DNA of 64,000 nt from Vicinamibacteria bacterium. Its GTDB lineage: Bacteria > Acidobacteriota > Vicinamibacteria > Marinacidobacterales > Marinacidobacteraceae. A model generated the notes under the pieces. It was not told where the DNA came from and did no database searches. It saw nothing but the letters and a program-made list of their open reading frames with translations. Below, one piece after another: positions 37,777 to 45,173 of the stretch (position 1 is its first letter; each line of letters begins with the position of its first letter). A program made the translations under genes and the position numbers. The stretch spans positions 928,001-992,000 of the forward strand of contig OY821641.1 in assembly GCA_963555995.3 (NCBI GenBank). The letters are read 5' to 3'.

Positions 37777-39501
37777 ATGTCCCGTCTGCTCGACAAGAAC
37801 CTCAGCCGCGCCGAATTCCTGAAGCTCTCGGGCGCCGCCGCCGCTTCCGGTCTCGCGACCGCCTGCGGTGCGGGCGGGGGCTCGGCGAGCCCGCAGATGA
37901 TCGTCCACAACGCCCGGGTGTACACCTCGGAATACAGCGAGGGCCGCGAGACCATGGACCAGGCCCAGGCGCTCGCCGTGAACCACGGCAAGTTCGTGGC
38001 GGTGGGTTCGAACGAGGACGTGCTGAACCTCGCCGGACCGGGAACCGAGGTGGTGGACGCCGGCGGGATGACGGTCGTGCCGGGGTTCATTGACGCCCAC
38101 TGCCACCCCGGCGGGATGCGGGACCTCTTCGAGGTGAACCTCGACGTCCGCACCATCGAGGACATCAAGATGGCGATCCGCGCCGCCGCCGCCGACACCC
38201 GACCCGGCTACTGGGTGGACGGGTTCAAGTACGACGACACCAAGGTCACCGACGAGAACGGCCAGTACCGCCGGATCACCCGGCACGACCTGGACGAGGC
38301 GACGACCGACGTTCCCGTGCGCGTCTCGCACCGGGGCGGCCACATCTACTGGTACAACTCGAAGGCCTTCGAGATGGCGGGCATCACGAAGGACGTGGCC
38401 GATCCGCCGGGCGGCCGGTTCGAGAAGGACGCGGCCGGGGAACTGACCGGGCTCGTCGAGGAGAAGGCCGACGAGGTCTTCGACGGGATCGGGCAGCGCC
38501 GGGTGTACGGCCGCGCCGAGTTCCAGCAGGGCGTCGCCCACATGTCCATGCTGATGACCGCCGCCGGGATCACCAGCGTGCACCAGACCGGCGGCGACTC
38601 CGACGGCCTCCTCGCCCTCGAGGACGCCTATGCCGCCGGCGAACTCCGCTACCGGATGTACTACTTCGCCTCCGCGGACTCCGACCTGCACCGCGGACTG
38701 AAGGAAGCCAAGATCCACCGCGGCTTCGGCAACGAGTGGCTCCGGATCGGGGCGATCAAGTACGGCGCCGACGGCTCCGCCTCGGGCCGCACCATGTACA
38801 TGAGCACGCCGTACGAGGGCACCGACGACCACGGCATCCTCACCATGACCCCCGAGGAGATCATGGAGGCGGTCGAGGACTCCCACGCGCACGACTTCCA
38901 CATCGGGATCCACGCGAACGGCGACCTGACCATCGGCTACGTGCTCGACGCCTACGAGAAGGTGCTCGCCGAAGCGCCGCGGGACGCCCGGCACCGCATC
39001 GAGCACTGCTCGCTGGTGAACCCGGAGCTGCTCCAGCGGATCCACGACTCCGGTTCGATTCCCACCCCGTTCTGGACCTACGTCCACTACCACGGGAACA
39101 AGTGGGTGGAGTACGGCGAGGAGAAGATGCGGTGGATGTTCGCCCACAAGTCCTTCCTCGACTACGACATCAAGGTGGCGGGCGCCTCCGACTACGTGCC
39201 GGGCCCCTACGAGCCGATGATGGCGCTCCAGGCCATGGTGACCCGCAAGGACACCCAGGGCCGGATCTGGGGCGACAACCAGAAGGTCACGATGGACGAG
39301 GCGCTCCGCATCGGCACCATCAACGGCGCCTGGGCCTCCTTCGAGGAGGACATCAAGGGCAGCATCAGGATCGGCAAGCTCGCCGACTTCGTGATGCTCG
39401 AGCAGGACCCCCACGACGTCGCCACCGACGACCCGGACCAGCTCAAGCACATCCCCATCCACCGCACCGTAGTCGGCGGCAAGACCATGTTCCAGGCCTG
39501 A
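37777..39501 (+). CDS. YtcJ-like amidohydrolase (Amidohydro_3), probable Tat lipoprotein
   Basis: PGFIDAHCH, K..ADG, HANGD, RHRIEH, GKLADF; N-terminal SRAEFLK and LATAC. Confidence 0.9.
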   Translation: MSRLLDKNLSRAEFLKLSGAAAASGLATACGAGGGSASPQMIVHNARVYTSEYSEGRETMDQAQALAVNHGKFVAVGSNEDVLNLAGPGTEVVDAGGMTVVPGFIDAHCHPGGMRDLFEVNLDVRTIEDIKMAIRAAAADTRPGYWVDGFKYDDTKVTDENGQYRRITRHDLDEATTDVPVRVSHRGGHIYWYNSKAFEMAGITKDVADPPGGRFEKDAAGELTGLVEEKADEVFDGIGQRRVYGRAEFQQGVAHMSMLMTAAGITSVHQTGGDSDGLLALEDAYAAGELRYRMYYFASADSDLHRGLKEAKIHRGFGNEWLRIGAIKYGADGSASGRTMYMSTPYEGTDDHGILTMTPEEIMEAVEDSHAHDFHIGIHANGDLTIGYVLDAYEKVLAEAPRDARHRIEHCSLVNPELLQRIHDSGSIPTPFWTYVHYHGNKWVEYGEEKMRWMFAHKSFLDYDIKVAGASDYVPGPYEPMMALQAMVTRKDTQGRIWGDNQKVTMDEALRIGTINGAWASFEEDIKGSIRIGKLADFVMLEQDPHDVATDDPDQLKHIPIHRTVVGGKTMFQA

Positions 39502-39519
39502 CGCGCGCCCGCAGCGCCG

Positions 39520-39580
39520 CCGGCTTGGAACGCCGGTCTCCAGACCGGCACGCGCGGCGCTCCGCGCCGCGCACGTCGCA
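39520..39580 (+). repeat. REP-family two-hairpin unit
   Basis: GGAACGCCGGTCTCCAGACCGGCAC followed by CGCGGCGC-TCC-GCGCCGCG. Confidence 0.75.
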
Positions 39581-39688
39581 ATCCCCACCCAGCCGCACGG
39601 CGCACCCGGCCCGGAGCGCGGCTCCGCCCGACCCATCGGGGCCGGTAACGATTTGAGGCGTGCAATGGCGTGCATTACTGTGAAGTCA

Positions 39689-39940
39689 ATGACAGTGCCA
39701 AGGGTCGTCCCGTCGGTGCAGATCACGGCACGCCTCCCCACTCCGACTCTGGAACTGCTGGACCGCGCCGCCGCTGACCTGAAACGCAGCCGGGCGGAGA
39801 TCGTCCGCCAGGCGATCGAGTACTACCTTGAAGACTTCGACGACCTCACGGTCGCGGTGGAACGACTCCGCGATCCGGGAGACCCGGTGCTCGACTGGGA
39901 TGAGGTGAGGCGTGGTCTATTCGATTCGGATTCAACGTAG
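39689..39940 (+). CDS. RHH/CopG antitoxin (RelB-like)
   Basis: ITARLP...LD..A....RSRAEIVRQAIE; WDEV tail; start uncertain. Confidence 0.8.
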   Translation: MTVPRVVPSVQITARLPTPTLELLDRAAADLKRSRAEIVRQAIEYYLEDFDDLTVAVERLRDPGDPVLDWDEVRRGLFDSDST

Positions 39941-40202
39941 CGCCGCGGAGGAGCTGCAGCGAATCCCGGCCGCCGACGGGCAGAGGGTGGCGGCGGCCAT
40001 TGACGACCTGGCTCGCCGACCCTGGCAGGGGCGCGTCCTGAAGGGCGGGCTGCGTGGCCTCCGCCGGGTTCGCGTCGGGCGCTATCGAGTGATCTACGAA
40101 ATTCAGGACGAAACGCTGATCGTGCTCATCGTGCGGTTTGGAGCCCGGGACAGGGCTTATCGCGCAGCTGTTGACGCGAGCGAAACCGGCGGCGCGGGCT
40201 GA
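39912..40202 (+). CDS. relE: RelE/ParE-family toxin
   Basis: LKG...RR.RVG.YRVIY.I.D..L...V...G.R motif; overlaps antitoxin. Confidence 0.88.
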   Translation: MVYSIRIQRSAAEELQRIPAADGQRVAAAIDDLARRPWQGRVLKGGLRGLRRVRVGRYRVIYEIQDETLIVLIVRFGARDRAYRAAVDASETGGAG

Positions 40203-40230
40203 CTGCCGGATGCGGTATCCGGGGACCGCG

Positions 40231-40683
40231 CTACCCCTTCGCGCGGAGCTTCGCCGCGATGAACGCCGGGTGCTCCACGTGGAGCAGCGTCGCCACCTTG
40301 CGGATGACTTGTTCTTCCTCACCCGCGAGCCAGCCGTCCGCGAACGCGACCCGGAACAGCAGTTCGATGATGGTCGCCTTGTGCTCCCGGGAGAGACTCC
40401 GGTCCACGAGGCGGGTGAACTCGTAGAGCGAGACCGCCTCGGACGACCGCTGGCCGGCGATTTCAACGATCTCCGCCGTTTCGTCGGCGCTCAGCGCGAA
40501 CGCCGACTCGATGCTCCGGACGATCTCGCGGCTCTCCCGCTCGTCCACGTCATGATCGGCGGCCGAGACCTCGAGGAGAAGCACCGCCGTAGCGATCTGC
40601 ACGTCCCGCGGCGAGGGCGGCGGGGGAGGGGAGCTGTCGGGGCGGCGGCGCCCGCCGCTCACCAGATCGCTGATCCAGCCCAT
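40231..40683 (-). CDS. TerB-family protein
   Basis: A..LL.EV..AD...D..E and VA.ADG....EE..IR.VA.LL motifs. Confidence 0.85.
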   Translation of the reverse strand: MGWISDLVSGGRRRPDSSPPPPPSPRDVQIATAVLLLEVSAADHDVDERESREIVRSIESAFALSADETAEIVEIAGQRSSEAVSLYEFTRLVDRSLSREHKATIIELLFRVAFADGWLAGEEEQVIRKVATLLHVEHPAFIAAKLRAKG

Positions 40684-40757
40684 TCCTGACCTCCCGGCCC
40701 GCGCCTGCGGACTGTCGACTCCAAACGGGATTCCCCATGCTGACGGGGCGCTGGCCC

Positions 40758-40807
40758 GGGAACGCCGGTGTTCACACCGGCACCGCCCGCCGGAGGCGGG
40801 CGAAACG
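40758..40807 (+). repeat. REP-family two-hairpin unit (compensatory variant)
   Basis: GGGAACGCCGGTG-TTCA-CACCGGCAC then CGCCCGCCGGAGGCGGGCG-AAAC. Confidence 0.7.
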
Positions 40808-40924
40808 TGCGGTGATTCTCGCCTTCAAAGCCGGCTGCCGGAATTCGGCGGGGTCTCCGAGCATGAGAGTTGCCGGCTGACGGTGACGGTTGCCGCCCAC
40901 GCACCTCCGCGTCCAACGACTCAC
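40772..40924 (-). pseudogene. Possible internally deleted PIN toxin remnant
   Basis: GTGA-coupled to upstream antitoxin; ATLMLGDPAEF resembles PIN C-terminal ATL.T.N..DF; only 50 codons. Confidence 0.35.
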
Positions 40925-41160
40925 CCGACTCGTCTCGGGTCGGATCGGCGTCCCGCTCGGACCCACGCTGCTGGGTCCTCGTCCCATTCGTGTCCCGTGT
41001 CCGGAATGCTCCCCGCCGCCCGTCCGATGAGATTCCACCGGTGGTGGTGTTCGACGGCGGACTGCAAAGCCTGCCTGACGAACTCGCTGCGCCGACCGCG
41101 CCCGGCGATGGCGTCCACCCGGGCCACGAGCGCTTCGTCAAGGTGAAGGTGTATACGCAC
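40921..41160 (-). CDS. RHH/CopG (VapB-like) antitoxin
   Basis: RIHL.LDE.LV..VD..AG...RSEFV..A and P.W.....WVR..R motifs. Confidence 0.7.
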   Translation of the reverse strand: MRIHLHLDEALVARVDAIAGRGRRSEFVRQALQSAVEHHHRWNLIGRAAGSIPDTGHEWDEDPAAWVRAGRRSDPRRVG

Positions 41161-41197
41161 CGGCCGAAAGATACCCGAGGCGGACCAGCCCGACGCC

Positions 41198-42778
41198 CTA
41201 TGCGGCCACCGCCGTGCGGCGCGAGCGCCAGATCCAGAGCCCGAAGGCGCCGAGGCCGAAGAACATGACCAGGAGACCCACCACTCCCCCGATGTAGGGC
41301 ACTTCCACCGCCAGCACCAGGATCCCGAGGCCCAGCGCGATCCGCCCGAGCCGCTGCACATTGGTGGAAGCGAGACCGAGCAGCGCCTGGCCGATCACCA
41401 TCGCGGCGATCACCCGGGAGGCGTAGAGCAGGAAGAGGTAGAGCATGCCGATGGCGAAGGTGAGTGGCAGGCCGATGAAGGTGATGGCGAGGAGGATCGC
41501 CGTGAAGGGGAGCCCCACGAACAGCAGCATCCCGAGCAGGAGCGGGGCGATGGGCCGGCCGCCGATCGCGGCCAACGCTCCGAGCGGCCCCGAAGCGAGA
41601 AGCACGAGGACGAGTCCGAGCGTCATTCCCATCCCCCAGCGTGTTGCGACACTCATGACTTCGTCCCAGACGCTGGATTCCTCCGGTTCCGGCTCGGACC
41701 ACTCCACCTGCGGCGCGCCGGGCTCGCGCTCGGGTTCCGAGGGGCCGGTGTACTGGGCGTCGCCGGCGACCTCGGCCTCGGCCCCGAGTTCCAGGATCTC
41801 GCCATGGAACTTGAGGTCGCCCCCGACCCGCGCATCGAGTTCCAGGCTGCTGCCGGCCGCGAGCACAGAACCGCCGACCGGACCGGCGAGCGAAAGGTCA
41901 TCGCCGGCCATCATCACGCCGCCGCCCACGGAACCGCCCCGGAGCACGAAGATGCGTTCGCCGGCCGCCGCGAGCCCGCGCCCCACGTCGCCCGCGATGC
42001 GGACCGTCTGGGCCGCGCCGCGCAAGCTCAGCCCGACGCTGCCGTCCACGTTCAGTTCGTTTCCGAACCCGAAGACATCGCCATCCACCCGGCCGCTGAC
42101 GAGCAGCGAGCGGCCCGCGAAGTAGAGATCCCCGCGCACCGTTCCCTCGACGATGGATTCGTCACAGAGGAGCAGCAGATCGTCGTTCACCACCCGGTCG
42201 GCGGCGATGCGGCAACGCTCCGTGTCGCCGACGATGACTTCAAGGGCATCGGCGGGGGCGGCGACCGCACCCAGTCCGGGAACGAGCGCCGCCAGCAGGA
42301 GCGGCATGACGCCGGCGCGGGGCCGGCGGATGGCGTTCGACGCCAGGGCAATACCGATGAGGGTCATGATGACGATGCCTCCGTAGGCGATCTGTAGTCC
42401 GAGTTGCTGTACGTCCAGCAGGGAGAGAAGGCGGAAACCGAGATCCGAGAGCACGGGAAGGGCGTCGGGCATCGGTGCTTCCGCCGCCGCTTCGCCCACC
42501 CCGGCGAAGAAACGCCGCACGGCGACGAGGCCGAGCGAGAGAACGAGCCCGGCGGCCACCACCCAGCCGAGTTCCCGCGAAACCTCGCGTTCGCGGGTGG
42601 CCTCGGGGGCCGCCGCCGCGCGCAGGAGGTCGCTCTCCTGCCGAAGTCCCTCGTAGAGGCGGTGGCAGGGGAAACAGCGGGTCAGGTGGGAGCGGGCCGC
42701 AGACGCTTCCCCCCGGGGCAACTCGTCGTCCAACAGGGCGAGCAGTTCCAGTTCGGAGAGGTGCTGCACGTCGGCCAT
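41198..42778 (-). CDS. Zinc-finger (HxxxCxxC) anti-sigma fused to bactofilin-like beta-helix and multi-TM domain
   Basis: LLD.EL....HLTRCFPC; repeated V.G.V.GD motifs; about 5 C-terminal TMs; coupled to ECF sigma. Confidence 0.8.
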   Translation of the reverse strand: MADVQHLSELELLALLDDELPRGEASAARSHLTRCFPCHRLYEGLRQESDLLRAAAAPEATREREVSRELGWVVAAGLVLSLGLVAVRRFFAGVGEAAAEAPMPDALPVLSDLGFRLLSLLDVQQLGLQIAYGGIVIMTLIGIALASNAIRRPRAGVMPLLLAALVPGLGAVAAPADALEVIVGDTERCRIAADRVVNDDLLLLCDESIVEGTVRGDLYFAGRSLLVSGRVDGDVFGFGNELNVDGSVGLSLRGAAQTVRIAGDVGRGLAAAGERIFVLRGGSVGGGVMMAGDDLSLAGPVGGSVLAAGSSLELDARVGGDLKFHGEILELGAEAEVAGDAQYTGPSEPEREPGAPQVEWSEPEPEESSVWDEVMSVATRWGMGMTLGLVLVLLASGPLGALAAIGGRPIAPLLLGMLLFVGLPFTAILLAITFIGLPLTFAIGMLYLFLLYASRVIAAMVIGQALLGLASTNVQRLGRIALGLGILVLAVEVPYIGGVVGLLVMFFGLGAFGLWIWRSRRTAVAA

Positions 42779-43371
42779 CATTCGATTCCCTCCCCGGCGA
42801 GCCGGTCCCGCATCCGGCGCCGGCCGCGGAGGAGCAGCACCCCCACGTTCGTGCGCGTGACGCCCAGCGTGTCGGCGATCTCCTGGTAACTCAGGCCCGC
42901 GCCGTAGCGCAGGGTCAGAGCGAAGCGCTGCCGCAGCGGCAGTCCGGAGAGCGCCTCGCGGACCCGCTCCCGCCGCTCCTCGGTGATCAGCCGGTCGAGC
43001 GGGCTGGGGCCGTCGGCGGGCAGTTGGGCCGCGCCCTCGTCGTCGAGCGGTTCGGAACGGCGGTTCTTCCGCGCCTCGTCCCAGCAGCGGTTCGCGGCGA
43101 TCCGGAACAGCCAGGGCCCGAAGGGGCGCGACACGTCGAAGGAGTCCAGCCGGAAGCGGGTCTTCATCATGATTTCCGCGGCGAGGTCCTCGCCGGAGTC
43201 TCCGGGCAGCGTCCGGCGGCAGAAGGCGAGTACCTGCGGATGGAAGTGCCGATAGAGCGCCGCCCAGGCGTCCTGGGCGGCCTGCTCGGCCGCGTGACCG
43301 CTGTCCGCGCCCTGTTCGTCGGCCTCCTGGCAGATGCGGACGAGATCCGTGATTTCCTGATCGTGGAGCAT
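42778..43371 (-). CDS. ECF (sigma70 group 4) RNA polymerase sigma factor
   Basis: EDL..E, F.PWL.RIA.N.C.D..RK, GLSYQEIA..LG; start re-called at ATG 43371. Confidence 0.92.
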   Translation of the reverse strand: MLHDQEITDLVRICQEADEQGADSGHAAEQAAQDAWAALYRHFHPQVLAFCRRTLPGDSGEDLAAEIMMKTRFRLDSFDVSRPFGPWLFRIAANRCWDEARKNRRSEPLDDEGAAQLPADGPSPLDRLITEERRERVREALSGLPLRQRFALTLRYGAGLSYQEIADTLGVTRTNVGVLLLRGRRRMRDRLAGEGIE

Positions 43372-43383
43372 CCCTCCGGTTCC

Positions 43384-43411
43384 TATACGTCCCGGCACGG
43401 CGGAAGTTACA
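43384..43411 (-). promoter_or_regulatory. ECF-type promoter TGTAAC-N16-CGTATA (probable autoregulation)
   Basis: Matches AAC/CGT ECF consensus with 16-nt spacing, 12 nt upstream of sigma ATG. Confidence 0.7.
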
Positions 43412-43436
43412 GCGCGCGGCGCGGCCCGCGGTCGTC

Positions 43437-43813
43437 GGCGTTCCAAGGCGTCGTTTTGCCTGCGCTGTGGGGCGCCACGTTGAGGTGGGAGTCGCCTTTG
43501 GTGGGTGGGGTTGGGATGTGGGCCGTGCGGAGCACCGCGGTGCTGGTCTGGAGACCGGCGTTCCAAGGCGTTGTGTTGCCTGTGCTGTGGGGCGTCAGGT
43601 TGAGGTGGGAGTCGCCTTTGGTGGGTGGGGTTGGGACGTGCGCGGTGCGGAGCACCGCGGTGCCGGTCTGGAGACCGGCGTTCCAAGGCGTCGTGTTGTC
43701 TGTGCTGTGGGGCGTCAGGTTGAGGTGGGAGTCGCCTTTTGTGGGTGGGGTTGGGACGTGGGCGGTGCGGAGCAGCGCGGGTGGCGGTCTGGAGACCGGC
43801 GTTCCAGGGCGTC
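43437..43813. repeat. Tandem repeat, about 120-bp period, 3 units, each carrying a REP two-hairpin unit on the minus strand
   Basis: TTCCA(A/G)GGCG recurs at 43441, 43561, 43681, 43802; units highly similar. Confidence 0.92.
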
Positions 43814-43844
43814 GTGTCGCGCCCTGTCTCCTAGAATCCCGGCG

Positions 43845-45173
43845 ATGCGTGCCCTGCACCGGCGGCTGCTCGTCGTCTCCACGGTGGTCCTGGCGCTCGT
43901 TCCGGTGGCGTTCGGGGTCCGGCTGCTCGACCGGATGGCGCTCGCCTACACCACCGGGCTCCGGCGGAGCGCGGACAGCCCCGGGTTCGGCGGCGTCATG
44001 CCGCCCGCCGACGGGCCGCCGCCGGGGGTGGCGTTCCTCGGGTTCTCCGGACCCGCGGAGGGTGCCGAGGGGTTCGTGATGCGCCGGGTGACCGCCCAGG
44101 CGCGGGACGCCGGGTTGCGGGACGGGGACCGGGTTGCCGCGGTGGACGGGGTGGCCTACCCGGGTGCGCGGGAGGCGATGGGGGGACTCATCACTACCCG
44201 GATCGCGGGCGAAACGGTGGATCTGACGGTCACGCGGAACGGCGAGGAACTCACGCTGCCGCTCCGCCTCTCGCGCTACGTGCGGCATCCCGGAGACCTG
44301 GGACTTCCCTACGAGGAGGTCTCCCTGGCATCGGGAAGCGGACACACCTTGCGAGGATGGTGGATCCCGCCCCCCGAGGACAGCGACGGCCGGGCCGTGG
44401 TGTGGGTGCACGGCGCCCATTCCTCCCGGTACCAGGCGCTCGACCACGGCGCGGAGTTCCTGCACGCGCGGGGCTACGGGATCCTCACGATGGACCTCTC
44501 GGGCCGCGGTTCGAGCGACGGCGAGTACATCACCTACACGTGGAACGAACGCCACGACGTGCGCTCGATGGTGGGCTACCTGCGCTCGCGGCCGGACACC
44601 GACGCGTCGAGGGTGGTCGTCTTCGGAACCTCGAACGGCGCCGCGTCCGCGATCTACGCGGCCGCCGCGCTTGGCGACCTTCCCGCGCTCGCGCTCGACG
44701 CCCCCTATGCGGACCTCTGGCGGGCGGCCGGTTCCATGCTCGAAATGCGCGGCGGGATTCCGGCGCTCAGGGGGCCGCTCGCGCTCTTCGTCAGGGCCAG
44801 GACCGGCCTTCGCATCCGTGAGGTCCGGCCCATCGAGGTCATCGCGGACATACCGGGACCGGTCCTCTTCCTGCACGGCGACCGGGATCGGCAGGTTCCC
44901 CCCGAGCACAGCCTGGAACTCCACGAGGCCCGGATGGAGGCGGGGTTGCCCTCCCGCCGGTGGATCCTCCCGGGCGGGGAACACGGGTTCGACGCCTATC
45001 CGCTCCCCGGGGTCTTCTGGAACCGGATCGCGGACTTCTTCGACAATGCGCTCGGGGGACGTCCTGTGGGGCGGGAACTCGGCGGACCCGCTCCCGACAC
45101 CCTCGACGATCCGGCGTGGACGGGCGCGGGTTCCGCGCGGGAGGCCCCGAACGGGCCGGGAGAGCTCCGGTGA
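43845..45173 (+). CDS. Membrane-anchored PDZ + alpha/beta hydrolase
   Basis: N-terminal TM, AGLR.GD.V.AVDG (PDZ), GTSNG, HG..D..VP, GG.H; TAGAAT 7 nt upstream. Confidence 0.82.
   Translation: MRALHRRLLVVSTVVLALVPVAFGVRLLDRMALAYTTGLRRSADSPGFGGVMPPADGPPPGVAFLGFSGPAEGAEGFVMRRVTAQARDAGLRDGDRVAAVDGVAYPGAREAMGGLITTRIAGETVDLTVTRNGEELTLPLRLSRYVRHPGDLGLPYEEVSLASGSGHTLRGWWIPPPEDSDGRAVVWVHGAHSSRYQALDHGAEFLHARGYGILTMDLSGRGSSDGEYITYTWNERHDVRSMVGYLRSRPDTDASRVVVFGTSNGAASAIYAAAALGDLPALALDAPYADLWRAAGSMLEMRGGIPALRGPLALFVRARTGLRIREVRPIEVIADIPGPVLFLHGDRDRQVPPEHSLELHEARMEAGLPSRRWILPGGEHGFDAYPLPGVFWNRIADFFDNALGGRPVGRELGGPAPDTLDDPAWTGAGSAREAPNGPGELR

Noticed and set aside
34647-38198. 1183-aa minus-strand ORF and similar long antisense ORFs (6736-8901, 10611-13190, 15266-17716, 48910-51405, 58092-60599)
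   Set aside because: Shadow frames expected at high GC; opposite well-supported genes, Arg/Pro/Gly-rich, no motifs
42778-43686. 302-aa ECF sigma with repeat-encoded N-terminus, and the 43467 extension of the PDZ hydrolase
   Set aside because: Extensions are open frames through the tandem repeat; promoter boxes place the starts at 43371 and 43845
43437-43813. CRISPR array
   Set aside because: Whole 120-bp units are near-identical, with no unique spacers and no cas genes in the window
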